From the NCBI GenBank assembly GCA_001661245.1, contig KV454016.1, forward strand, positions 928,268 through 992,267: a stretch of DNA of 64,000 bases, in the 5' to 3' direction. The stretch comes from Pachysolen tannophilus NRRL Y-2460. Its lineage: Eukaryota. Made by a program: the position numbers and the translations under genes. Shown here in pieces: positions 29,432 through 41,497 of this stretch. The notes below the pieces were generated by a model that worked only from the letters and a program-made list of their open reading frames with translations, was not told the origin of the DNA and made no database searches. The stretch's first letter is position 1. Each line of letters starts with the position of its first letter.

Positions 29432-31807
29432 TTAATTGTGTAAACGTTTTTCATAGGAGTACAAATTATGAACACCACCTTCGAATTGAGCAGAAGGAGT
29501 TCTGAATTCAAATCTAATCTCTCCATTACCAACACTTTCTCTTAAATCGTCTAAAGATCTAACACCAATATCTTGACAAGAATGTTGTAAACCATTGTAA
29601 AGATAAGGAATGAATTTTGTGATTGAACCTTTATCAATAACTGATCCAGAGACACCTTGAGCCACAAGAACTTTATCACCTTCAGAAAAATATCTTGAAG
29701 TTGACGCATTAGCATTTGTTGAGGTTTGTTGCATTGCTTCAATAGAACCCATACCTCTATAAGTTTTCAATCTTTTACCCTCACTAAAGAAATATTCACC
29801 TGGAGATTCAGTAGTACCAGCAAGCATACCACCCATCATACATGTTGAAGCACCTAAAGCTAAAGCCTTAACCATGTGACCAATGTTTTGAATACCACCA
29901 TCAGCCATACATGGAACTCCAAATTTGGAAGCAAACTCACAAACGTTATAAACAGCAGTACCTTGAGGTCTACCACACGCCATAACTTCTTGGGTAATAC
30001 AAATAGAACCAGAACCCATACCAATTCTTAAACCATCGACACCTGCCTCAATCAATGATGCAGTTTGTTCTCTAGTAACAACATTACCACCAATAACTTG
30101 TAAATCTGGGAAGGTAGCCTTAATCCATTTAACAATCGAGATTTGGAAAATAGAATTACCCTGAGAAGAATCGACTACTACAACATCTAAACCAGCATCT
30201 ACTAATTTAATTAATCTTTCTTTATCTTGTTCAAGAGTACCAATAGCAGCACCACAAAGTAATTGTTTTGATTGGAAAGATTTTGAAGCATTTGGATAAT
30301 CAAAATTTTTTTGTAAATCTGTTCTTGATAATAAAGAAACAAGGTTACCTTGTTTATCAACAATTGGTAATTTACCCTTTTTAGATTTAGTTAAAATTTC
30401 ATTACCATTGGTCAAATCAATACCATGTTCAGCAGTGACAAGATCAGTGGTCATAACTTCCGAAACTTTGGATTCACTGTTGTCATGGAATTGAATATCT
30501 CTTGATGTGACAATACCAACCAATTTACCACCAATTTTACCAGTTTCTAAAACAATTATATATATGTTAGTAATCAATCAGCCAATTAATTTTTTTTTTT
30601 TTNTTTTTCGTTGGTAANNNNNNNNNNNNNNNNNNNNNNNNNNNNNNNNNNNNNNNNNNNNNNNNNNNNNNNNNNNNNNNNNNNNNNNNNNNNNNNNNNN
30701 NNNNNNNNNNNNNNNNNNNNNNNNNNNNNNNNNNNNNNNNNNNNNNNNNNNNNNNNNNNNNNNNNNNNNNNNNNNNNNNNNNNNNNNNNNNNNNNNNNNN
30801 NNNNNNNNNNNNNNNNNNNNNNNNNNNNNNNNNNNNNNNNNNNNNNNNNNNNNNNNNNNNNNNNNNNNNNNNNNNNNNNNNNNNNNNNNNNNNNNNNNNN
30901 NNNNNNNNNNNNNNNNNNNNNNNNNNNNNNNNNNNNNNNNNNNNNNNNNNNNNNNNNNNNNNNNNNNNNNNNNNNNNNNNNNNNNNNNNNNNNNNNNNNN
31001 NNNNNNNNNNNNNNNNNNNNNNNNNNNNNNNNNNNNNNNNNNNNNNNNNNNNNNNNNNNNNNNNNNNNNNNNNNNNNNNNNNNNNNNNNNNNNNNNNNNN
31101 NTTTTTTTTTTTTTTGGGGAAAAAAAAAAAAAAAAAAAAAAAAAGGAAAAAAGTTATCTCATCTCATGTTTCTTTGTCATATAAAATCAGTTAAAAAGTT
31201 TCTCCACAAGATCGTTTGATCGCAATCGGTAGAACGAAAGTTATATATTTAAAAAAAATTGATCATCATTTCATAAACAACTAGAAACATGCAGATGACC
31301 AAAAGAAAAAAAAAAAAATTTTGTATTTTGAATTAACTTACCAGTCACTGGAAATGATGTAAACCCGAATTTTTGACCCATCAGTTTTACTTCCCCAACA
31401 GTTGCATCTGGACCAATGACAACAGGGTCATTAATAAACCCATTTTCATATTTTTTAACCTGTCTGACCATTTCTGCTTGTTCATCAGGAGTACAATTAT
31501 GATGAATAATACCGATACCACCCAACAATGCCATGTGGATGGCCATTGTTGATTCTGTAACAGTATCCATTGGTGAGGAAACAAATGGAGTTTTCAAAGT
31601 GATTTTCTTGGTCAATTTAGATTCCAAAGATACTTGCGAAGCAGGAAAATTAATCTTACCTGGTAATACCAAGAAATCATTGTATGTAAGACCACCTCTA
31701 GTCTTGGAGTCCATCAAACTCCTAACATCCAAACCATCTTTTTCCAGATATTCAGAAAGAAATTGGGTAGCCTTTGAGCAATTATTTGAATAATCCACTG
31801 GAGACAT
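29432..31807 (-). CDS. IMD4: IMP dehydrogenase (526 aa); exons 31807-31342 and 30546-29432
   Basis: Intron 31341-30547 (GTAAGT...TACTAAC...TAG) joins [15 protein letters not shown] in frame. Catalytic [12 protein letters not shown]. Hosts snR54, like S. cerevisiae IMD4. Confidence 0.96.
30618..31101. other. Assembly gap (484 N) inside the IMPDH intron
   Basis: Run of N flanked by homopolymers. Confidence 1.
31183..31273 (-). ncRNA. SNR54: Box C/D snoRNA snR54 orthologue (18S rRNA Am974 guide)
   Basis: Minus strand: box C ATGATGA (31269-31263), guide TAACTTTCGTTCT complementary to 18S AGAACGAAAGTTA, D' CCGA, then GATCAAACGATCTTGT and box D CTGA (31190-31187). Intronic location in IMPDH. Confidence 0.92.
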
Positions 31808-31926
31808 TGTTTGATACCACTAACTTAAGATTGAAAAAAAAAAAAAATTTTTAAAATAAAACTTTTTTTTTGGTCAAATTAAATAGAATTACGAAATCAG
31901 AATGAAAGTGAATTAAGCAACGTTAA

Positions 31927-31981
31927 TGAGTCAAAGGAAACCAAGAAAAAAAAAAGAGAAGAAGAAGAAGAAAAGAAAAGG

Positions 31982-32012
<31 letters not shown>

Positions 32013-32209
32013 GAAAGAAAGAAAGAAAGGTTGGTTTACTAAAGATGAGCTATGAAACTAATTTTTGTCTCACAGCTATTACTGTATCAGGAAAAGGTGA
32101 AAAATTTTTTTTGTACTACAAAAACTATTTAGTAATTAAAATTATTACATACAGAACTAAAGAAAAAAATAAGACTTCTTACATTAGTAAAGATTATGAT
32201 TTAGAGTCA
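31927..32209. promoter_or_regulatory. IMPDH promoter motifs: Bas1/Gcn4-type TGACTC x2, PAC, RRPE
   Basis: TGAGTCA 31927-31933, GATGAGC 32044-32050, TGAAAAATTTT 32098-32108, GAGTCA 32204-32209. Confidence 0.5.
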
Positions 32210-32848
32210 AGTTATAAATTTTAATTCTTTTTTATGGGAAAACTCAAGTAATATAGTGAGAAATATACACTGAAGAATGGATTATCTATGGGGTTTGTTA
32301 CTTTTATATGGCTTATAATTGTTTAAGATTCTTCATGTTTTCCTAACCTTTACGTCTCTTTCCTGATTAAGTAATAGCATATTCCGCCATTTGGGAGAAG
32401 GTTTTTTTTTTAATTTTTGAAATTAAATCTACCGTGTCAATATAGTTTGGTTTAGTCTTTAATGCACTACTGTTGTATTTTTTTCAAAACAAACTGGGGC
32501 TATTTGTTCTGTTTTCTTTTTTTTTGCTATTTCGTGCCATTAACGTTAAAAATAAAATGACAGATAAAAAAAAATAAAGTAAATATTTATTAAAATTTTG
32601 GTTTTTCTTTTCCAATTTTCCGCCGTTGTGCCGCCTATCTTTCCGCCTTTCTTTATGGGGGGTTTTCTTAATTTTTCTGCCCCCGAAACGACTTTTTTTC
32701 TTGCGTTTTAATTTTTTTTTTTGGCGTTTCACTAACTAATAAAGTCTTCCCGTTTCTTGTTTACAAAAAATATAATAATAATAATAATAATAATACTAAT
32801 ATTATTATTATTATATCTTCTTATTATTATCAGTTGTTAGTCAATCAG

Positions 32849-32948
32849 ATGATTAACACAACATCAGCGTCGTCCATTCGTCGCAAGCGGTCTCGAATAC
32901 AAAGAGAGGGGATAAACAAAGAGGGTGGATTGATTGGTGGTAGTAGTA

Positions 32949-32998
<50 letters not shown>

Positions 32999-35900
32999 GT
33001 TAGCGCCGATGGTAGCGCCGATGGTATTAGTAATGATAATGATAGTGCCGATGTGTCAACAGGCTCTGAGAAGGAAAATAAGGTGCGTGGCTTGTCTCCG
33101 TCCAAGGTTTCGGCGGTGCTTAATGGCAGGAATTTGTTAGCGCCAATAGATGGAAATGCTAGGGTAAGCGCTCAGATTATTAATACTGCTTCCAATTCTC
33201 CAGTAAAGCCTTCTCAGATTTTACAACTGAGACCAGAAGTTTTAGGATTTGAACCAGTTCAAATTAAAATGTCTCCTACTAAAAAACGCATATTGAATAA
33301 CGTTTCATTTTTAAAAGATGATGATGCTAGAGCAGGCAGAGGAATAAATGGTGATCTTCGAGATGCTCTTTCTTCCCCATCTGAGGATAATTTTAAACAA
33401 CAACAAGAACCAAGGTTGGTCATTTCAAAATTGGTTTTAACAAATTTTAAATCTTATGCTGGGGAACAAATAATTGGTCCTTTTAATCCATCATTCAGTG
33501 CAGTTGTAGGACCAAATGGTAGTGGGAAGTCAAATGTCATTGATTCAATGTTATTTGTATTTGGTTTTAGAGCTGCAAAGATGAGACAGGCAAAATTATC
33601 TGAGTTGATTCATAATTCCGAAACTTACCCAGATTTAACTTTTTGTTCAGTAGATATTCATTTCCATCATGTTATTGATAATTCTGAAGATAATTCTACT
33701 TCAATTGTTCCAAACTCTGAATTAATCATTTCTAGAAAAGCTTTTAAAAATAATTCATCCACATATCATATAAATGGCAAGACTAGTAATTATTCGGATG
33801 TTACACAGATGTTAAGAGAACAAGGTATCGATTTGGATCATAAAAGATTTTTAATTTTACAAGGTGAAGTTGAAAGTATTGCTCAAATGAAACCAAAAGC
33901 TGAAAGAGAAAATGATGATGGACTCTTGGAATATTTAGAAGATATTATTGGAACCTCGGATTATAAACCCAAGATTGAAGAATGCCTTGCAGCAATGGAT
34001 GAATTGAATGAAGTATGTGTAGAGAAAAAGACAAGATTTGATTTGGTATCAAAGGAAAAAGAATCATTAGAAACGAAAAAAAATGAAGCAATAAATTTTT
34101 TATCTAAAGAAAAACTTTACCTTGAAAAAAAATCTATTATTCATCAATATGATATGTTACAAGATAAAGAAAAATTACAAGAAACTACTAAATTAGCAAA
34201 TGAGTTAAAAGATCAGTTACAACAAGAAAAGACTGAGACCTCTGAGTTTGAAAATGAATTAAAACAATTAACAAAAGATCATTTTTCTTTGAAACAAATT
34301 GTTGATGATTTAATCCAAGAAATTAAAAATTTATCTATAAAACAAAAACAAATTGATCGAGAAAAAATATCATTTGAAGAAAAATTGAAACATTTAGATA
34401 ATAAGAAGAAAAAAGCAGAAAAAGTTTTGAATCATACTCAACAACTGTTGAATGAAAATGAATTCAAATTAAATCAACATCAGGAAGAACAACAAAAAGT
34501 TGAAGAACAGTTAGTAACTCTTTCTGAAGAATATAACGTTGAAAGAGAAATTTTAGAAAAACTTAGGTCTGAATTATCGGATAAAACTTCTGATATTTCT
34601 AAAGAAATTGAAAAATTAAAAGAAAAATTGCAACCATGGAATGATAAGTTAAATTCTAAAAATGGTGAAATAGAAATAGTGAAATCTAAAATTGAAATGT
34701 TTAAGAAAAATCAAATGGAATTAGTTAACGAGATTGGAACATTAAAGGAAAAACTTGTTAAAATTATGGATACTGGTAAAGCCAAAGAAGAAAATCGTAG
34801 CTTGAAGAAAAAAGAACTTGCCCATGTTATTGAACAAATAGAATTAGGAACTGAAGAAGTTCAAAATGCAAAGGTTAAATTAAACGAAATGAAATCTAAA
34901 TTATCAAATGCAAGACAAACAACAATGGATGCAAGAGCTTCATTGACTACTAGTCAAAACAAAAGTAAAGTTCTCACTGGATTAATGAGATTGCAAAAAT
35001 CTGGTAGAGTTGATGGTTTCTATGGTAGATTGGGCGATTTAGGTACAATTGATGATAGATACGATGTTGCCATATCTACAGCTTGTCCCCTGTTGGATAA
35101 TATGGTTGTTGAAACTGTTGAAGTTGCTCAACAGTGTATTGAATATTTAAGGAAAAATAATTTAGGGTTTGGTCGTTTCATTGTATTAACAAAATTAAGA
35201 AAATTTAATTTGAATAAGATTACTACTCCAAAAAATGTTCCTCGATTATTTGATTTAATTAGACCTAAAAATGAAAAATTTTTACCAGCATTTTACAGTA
35301 TAATGATGGATACTTTAGTTGCTAGAGATATGAATGAAGCCAGAAGTGTTGCTTATGGTCAAAGAAGATGGAGAGTAGTTACTTTGGATGGTAATTTAAT
35401 TGATACTTCAGGTACTTTATCCGGTGGTGGTAATTATGTCAGCAGAGGAGCAATGAAGTCAAGTTCATCGGCAAATTCTGAATTTTCCGAAGATGATGTT
35501 CTGGAGCTTGAGAAAGATTTGAACGAAAGAGAAAAAAAATTTCAACTTGCTTCAAATACATTTTTTGAAATGGAAAATGCTTTAAATATTTTAAGAGATA
35601 AGAAACCTGAAATTGAAACCAAGATTTCAACTTTACAGTTAGATATAGAATCTTTATCTGAAGAATTACAACATACGAAGAAACTTTATAAAGATTTGAT
35701 AAAGGAAAAAGAGAACAATGAGAATTCTGATGAGCTGAATCGTGAGTTGAAAAAGGAAGAAGAAAACTTGAAGAAATTAATGAAAGAATATGATGATTTA
35801 AAAGCTCTGTCAAACGAAACACAAAATGAAATTGATTCTTTACAGGAAAAGATTATGGAAATTGGTGGTGTTCAATTAAGAATTCAGAATTCCAAAGTTG

Positions 35901-37162
35901 ATTCTATTAAATCAAAAATTGAAATTATTAACAATAAAAAATCTCACGATGTCATTTTAATTAAAAAATTACAAAGTGAATTCAAAAGATTTAATATGAC
36001 AATTAAACAAAATGAAGCTGAAGTTCAAAATTGTGATCTGGAAATTACACAACTCAAGAAAAATTTTGAAGAGAAATTATCAAACGTTGAAAATTTTGAA
36101 TCTACAATTAATGATTTACAAGATAAGAAAGATGAACATTTAGAAAATTTAGAAAAAATTAAAGAAGAATTGGATAATAAAACGAAAAAGATTAATGATT
36201 TCAAATCTAAAGAAATTGAAATTGTGAATAAATTAGAAAAATGTGAATCTATTATTAAACATTGTAATAAAAATATTTTAATAGTTCAAGAGGAGTTCAA
36301 ATCGATTGAAAATAGAAACGTTGAAAAATTAATGGGTTGGTTAGATTTAAATAATGAAGATGATAAAAAATTATTACAAAAATTATCACAAGATGATATT
36401 ATACGTGAGCTTTCTTTAGATGAATTGAGAGAAGTCAATATAGAAGAAGTTGAAAACCAAATGAACAATTTAGATAAGGAATTATCTGAGATTTCTATTG
36501 ATATAGAGGATATTTTATCTGAATATTCTAAAAGATATGTTGAATTTGAATCTAGAAAAGTTGAATTAAATTCATCGATTTTTAAAAGAGATGAAATAAA
36601 AACCACTTTTGAAAATTTGAAAAGGAAAAGATTGGATGAATTTATGGAAGGCTTCAACCAAATATCAATGACTTTAAAAGAAATGTATCAAATGATCACC
36701 ATGGGAGGTAATGCAGAGTTGGAATTGGTGGATTCCTTGGATCCATTCAGCGAAGGAATTTTGTTTTCTGTTATGCCCCCAAAGAAATCCTGGAAAAATA
36801 TATCAAATCTTTCTGGTGGTGAAAAGACATTAAGTTCTTTAGCTCTTGTCTTTGCATTACACAAATATAAACCAACCCCATTATATGTTATGGATGAAAT
36901 CGATGCAGCGTTGGATTTCAGAAATGTCAGTATCGTTGCCAATTATATCAAGGAACGTACAAGGAATGCTCAGTTCGTGGTAATCTCTTTAAGAAATAAC
37001 ATGTTTGAATTGGCAAAACAGTTGGTCGGTATTTACAAAGTTAATAATATGACCAGAAGTATATCATTGCAGAATAAAGATTTATTACTGGAAGAGGCCA
37101 GAAATGAAGGTGATGCCAATGGTGGTGTCAACGGTGGCGCTAACGGAATGGGTGGTCCGTGA
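32849..37162 (+). CDS. SMC4: Condensin subunit Smc4
   Basis: NFKSYAG, GPNGSGKSNVIDS, hinge GFYGRLGDLG, LSGGEKTLSSLAL, YVMDEIDAALD. First ATG at 32849. Confidence 0.98.
32951..32995 (+). repeat. (AAT)15 coding microsatellite (poly-Asn in Smc4 N-terminus)
   Basis: Read directly from the sequence. Confidence 0.9.
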
Positions 37163-37311
37163 AAGGAAAAAGCTGCTTAAGCTTCTTGAGCTTCTTAAGC
37201 TTTCTTTTTTGCTTTGTCGTTATTATCGGAATGTACTTTAGTTTAGATTACTTGTTTTTGTATATTATTATTATTTTTCTAATGAATCAAACTTTACTAT
37301 TAAGGAAAACG

Positions 37312-37317
37312 ACGCGT
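37312..37317. promoter_or_regulatory. MCB element upstream of POB3
   Basis: ACGCGT about 245 bp before the ATG, next to a poly-A tract. Confidence 0.45.
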
Positions 37318-37443
37318 AAAAAAATTAAAAAAAAAAAAAAAAAAAAAATTAGAAAAAAAATGGTCGTGTGTGTAAATACAGGAAAGGTGAATGGCAAAAA
37401 TGGGTCAATGAAGTTGGTGGTAACGACGACGACAATAACAAAG

Positions 37444-37482
<39 letters not shown>

Positions 37483-37558
37483 GCTTGTTTTTTTATTTTT
37501 TTTCTTTTGGTGTTTTATTAGTTATTGTTGATCTGTGGATTTTTTTTGCAGTTGAATC

Positions 37559-39214
37559 ATGTCAGCAGATACTGTTGAATACGAAAGAATTTACTTAAAT
37601 CAATCAAAGAGTCATGGTAGAACACGTTTTGCAGATTCTGGTTTAGGTTGGAGACCAAATGCAAATGCTGGTGGTTCTGTTTCTGATAAAACTTTTTTAT
37701 TGCCAGCTAATGAGATATCCTCTGCTCATTGGAGTCGTGCTGCTAGAGGGTATGAGCTAAGAGTTTATACTAAAAATAGAGGAGTTGTGATGTTGGATGG
37801 TTTTGATCAAAATGATTTTAATTCATTGAAAAATACTATTTCAAAATTTTTCCATAATGTAGTTTTAGAACATAAGGAACATTCTTTAAGAGGATGGAAT
37901 TGGGGTAAGACAGATTTAGCAAGAACAGAATTAACTTTTAATATTAATAATAGACCTGTTTTCGAAATTCCTTATAGTGAGATTAATAATTCTAATTTAA
38001 CTGGTAAAACAGAGGTTTCAATTGAATTAAATACTAATGATAATTCATCTTCCAATGTTGCTAGACCAGCAGATATTGATGAATTGGTTGAAGTTAGATT
38101 TTATATTCCTGGAACTGTACCAAAGGAAGATGAAGATGTTGCTGAAGCAGAAGATGAAGGTGAAGGTGAAGGTGAAGGTGAAGAAAAACAATTGGCAGGT
38201 GTATTTTACGATCAATTGAAAGAAAAAGCTGATATTGGACAAGTTGCTGGTGAAGCAATTGTTTCATTTTCCGAAATACTTTTCTTGACACCAAGAGGCC
38301 GTTACGATATCGTGATGTATCCTGATTCTTTAAGATTAAGAGGAAGAACATATGATTATAAACTTCAATATAAGCAAATTGAAAGAATATTTTCATTACC
38401 AAAACCTGATGATATTCATCATTTACTCATATTACAAATTGATCCACCATTAAGACAAGGACAAACTAGATATCCATTCTTGGTAATGCAATTTTTAAAA
38501 GATGAAGAAACAGAAGTAGAATTAAATTTGGAAGATGATGAATTTAAAGAGAAATATGCTGATAAGTTACAGAAAAGTTATGATCAAGAAACTTATAAAG
38601 TTATTAGCCAATGTCTCAGGGGATTGACTGAACGTAGAGTTATTATTCCAGGTAGCTTCCAATCCAGATATGGACAGCCAGGTATTCCTTGTTCCCTAAA
38701 GGCCAATGAAGGTTACTTATACTTGTTAGAAAGATGCTTTTTATTTGCCACTAAACCAACAATTTATATCCCATTTTCAGATGTTTCAAGTGTTACTATG
38801 TCTCGTACTGGTACATCAACAACTGCGTCTCGTACTTTTGACCTTGAAGTTAAAATTCGTGGTGGAGAAGGATCTCACATCTTTGCCAACATTGAAAAAG
38901 AAGAACAAGTATCAATACAAAGTTTCTGTAAAGAGAAAGGTATCAAAATTAAAGATGACGAGAAGGAACTGCAACAAAGAATGGCAGCCGCTTTGGCTGA
39001 AGACATGTTGGACGACGATGATGATGATTCCGAAGATGCCGATGTCCGTGGTTCTGCAGAAGAAGATGAAGAAAGTGTTGATGAAGACTTTGACGACAGT
39101 GGCAGCAGCGATGTTGCTGAAGAATACGATTCGGATGCCGCAAGTAATACTGATGCAGAAATGGATGATGCCAGTGGCGATGAAGGACCACCATCAAAGA
39201 AGGCTAAAAAATAA
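37559..39214 (+). CDS. POB3: FACT complex subunit Pob3 (SSRP1)
   Basis: HSLRGWNWGKTDL, LTPRGRYDI, DPPLRQGQTRYPFLV and an acidic tail ending in the NLS PPSKKAKK. Confidence 0.98.
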   Translation: MSADTVEYERIYLNQSKSHGRTRFADSGLGWRPNANAGGSVSDKTFLLPANEISSAHWSRAARGYELRVYTKNRGVVMLDGFDQNDFNSLKNTISKFFHNVVLEHKEHSLRGWNWGKTDLARTELTFNINNRPVFEIPYSEINNSNLTGKTEVSIELNTNDNSSSNVARPADIDELVEVRFYIPGTVPKEDEDVAEAEDEGEGEGEGEEKQLAGVFYDQLKEKADIGQVAGEAIVSFSEILFLTPRGRYDIVMYPDSLRLRGRTYDYKLQYKQIERIFSLPKPDDIHHLLILQIDPPLRQGQTRYPFLVMQFLKDEETEVELNLEDDEFKEKYADKLQKSYDQETYKVISQCLRGLTERRVIIPGSFQSRYGQPGIPCSLKANEGYLYLLERCFLFATKPTIYIPFSDVSSVTMSRTGTSTTASRTFDLEVKIRGGEGSHIFANIEKEEQVSIQSFCKEKGIKIKDDEKELQQRMAAALAEDMLDDDDDDSEDADVRGSAEEDEESVDEDFDDSGSSDVAEEYDSDAASNTDAEMDDASGDEGPPSKKAKK

Positions 39215-39628
39215 ATAGTAAGCAACCGTAATATCTTTTCTTCTTTGCTTTCTTTTTTCTTCCTTTCTTTCTTTCTTTATCATAAGTTGGTATATATCCA
39301 TGTATTTTAATTTTTTACCTCTTTTATTTTCATTTCTGTAAGTGTTTTTCTTTATCACCATCGCTACTGTACATATTCTTGCATAATCAGATCTTGTGCG
39401 GCTTCTAAGGTAAATAAAAATAGAAAATGTTTCAAACATGTTTACTCTTTGAGAGATAACCTATCAGTTGCGCCCATATTTGTTTTAAAGAGAAGCAAAG
39501 CCTATGGAAGCTCTGATTTTGCAGTAAAATCAAGTTTAAGAATATAAAAAGGTTAAGGAAAGTCACTCTTTCACCTTTTTGGTTTTATAGGAATAAAAAA
39601 GTACTTTGAATTAAACAAAATTCTAATT

Positions 39629-41497
39629 ATGGTTAAAACTTCTGTAATGGAAAACATGAAAAATGAGCAACTTTCAAAAACCAAACGGAAAAGACAATCT
39701 CTTAATTTAAGAACAAAACATTTGAGCTTACTTTTTGATGGGAATGAAACCAAAGATTTTTCAAAGGTTTCTAAATTTGAATTTCCCAGTTCGACAAAAA
39801 AAACACTCAGGAGGCGTACAAACTTTAATCGTGGTCCAATATTGACACCTTCATTTTCAAAATTTTTTTCCCTGGAGAATGAAGTCAGTCCAATAACTCT
39901 GAAAGGAATGACTTCTCCTATAAAAAATGATGAAAAGACAAATTTAGCAGAATATCTAAAAGGTGAGGGCACATATTCTTATTATACGTCTGAACCGAAA
40001 AATGCAGAAACGTCAAATCAAATTAGAATAGAAGATAATGGGGAGATTTCAACTTACAACCAAGATGATAGAATTTTTGATAGCTTGTACGAGCAATTAA
40101 ATTATCCTTTAACTGAAAATGACCAAACTTTAATTAATATAACAATAAATGAAATGGAAAAAATGTTGAAACCAAAAATTTCAGCTTTATTGAAGAGTTA
40201 CAAGAACCGTGGTTTTTTCAAACGTGATGTAGAGAGTAAAGAAAATGATATTAATGAAAATTATGATAAAGACATAGAGTTAGTTTTTCGTGATGCTAAC
40301 GAAAAATTAACTTCTACATTAGTGAATGAATTTTGCTCTGAAGGGTTAGAAGAAGACAGTAATTTGTTTTCGGAAAATGATAGGTCTACACTCTCTACAA
40401 ATGCAAAAAATGATTTCAAAAAAAAACATAACAATTCTATAGGTTCTGAACGCTTTCTCAATCTGTCTGACAATAGTGAGCTGCAAACAATTTCTGAAGT
40501 TCCACCATATATTTTCAATGCTATTTGTGAAGAAATAGAAAAGGATGCTATAAATTCTTTGGAAAAAGAAAATGAATCAAGTATTCAGTCTTCTGCAGTT
40601 GACTTGCAGACAAGCATAAGCCACAACCCCAGCGGCGTCAAATATTCAACTCGTCCAGTTTTAAATAAAAATGATATGGAGTTGGATTGGCATTTCAGAA
40701 ACGGACTATTAGATTATTTGAAAAGCGACAAAGCTAAAATCCCAGGAAAAAGCAGTGCTGAAGGTAATACGAAAGATGAAAGAGTTTTGAGCAAGAAAAA
40801 CAAATATAATTCTTCAAATATGGAAAAAAATTCTGTTACAGATTTTGAACTTATAGCAGAAGAACATCTTTACGAAATTGAAGGTTATACTTCTTCTTTA
40901 AATAAATTCAGTAACTACTCAAGAGAAAAAGATCATAGATTTATTGAACATTTGACAACTTTAGAGTTACAAAAACTTTTAGGACTTTTCACAAAAGAAC
41001 AGAAATTAACGAAAAAACAAAACAAAGTTCTTCAGATTATTTCAACTTTTGAAAGAACCAGTATCAAGTATGGAAAGCATATGAATTATAATTCCAACTT
41101 TCCTAAAAATAAGAAAAAAGATTCTTTTGCAAAAAATTATAACGAAAAATATTTCGATCATAAAGTTCCTGAATCTTTCTATAAGAGGATTAAAGATATG
41201 ACACTTGGCGAACTGATAGAAAATTTGAAGTTTGAATTGAACTTTAGAGGAGCAAATTTTGAAGAACTAGGACGAAGAGGATTTTTCCAAAATTACTATA
41301 AGAATGATCCTTTATTCAAAGAGAAATTTATTGAAAGTTGTTTTAAGCTGCGGGAACGAGATCTAAATCCACTAAAAATGAAAGGTAATCAATCGGATAG
41401 TGATGTAAGTTCTGAAAATACAAAATCCATTGTAAAACCTGACTTTAATCAGGACAAAAGTAAAAAAAGGTTAAGTGGTATATTTAGTAAAACTTGA
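39629..41497 (+). CDS. Hypothetical hydrophilic protein (622 aa), no recognised domain
   Basis: 1.87-kb uninterrupted ORF in AT-rich DNA, K/E/N/S-rich. Confidence 0.75.
   Translation: MVKTSVMENMKNEQLSKTKRKRQSLNLRTKHLSLLFDGNETKDFSKVSKFEFPSSTKKTLRRRTNFNRGPILTPSFSKFFSLENEVSPITLKGMTSPIKNDEKTNLAEYLKGEGTYSYYTSEPKNAETSNQIRIEDNGEISTYNQDDRIFDSLYEQLNYPLTENDQTLINITINEMEKMLKPKISALLKSYKNRGFFKRDVESKENDINENYDKDIELVFRDANEKLTSTLVNEFCSEGLEEDSNLFSENDRSTLSTNAKNDFKKKHNNSIGSERFLNLSDNSELQTISEVPPYIFNAICEEIEKDAINSLEKENESSIQSSAVDLQTSISHNPSGVKYSTRPVLNKNDMELDWHFRNGLLDYLKSDKAKIPGKSSAEGNTKDERVLSKKNKYNSSNMEKNSVTDFELIAEEHLYEIEGYTSSLNKFSNYSREKDHRFIEHLTTLELQKLLGLFTKEQKLTKKQNKVLQIISTFERTSIKYGKHMNYNSNFPKNKKKDSFAKNYNEKYFDHKVPESFYKRIKDMTLGELIENLKFELNFRGANFEELGRRGFFQNYYKNDPLFKEKFIESCFKLRERDLNPLKMKGNQSDSDVSSENTKSIVKPDFNQDKSKKRLSGIFSKT

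Noticed and set aside
30611..31219. 202-aa poly-X ORF
   Set aside because: Artefact of the N gap.
31943..32030. UCUU-rich pyrimidine tract upstream of IMPDH as an IMD2-type Nrd1/Nab3 attenuator
   Set aside because: Similar tracts are common throughout this window, so it is not distinguishable from background without TSS data.
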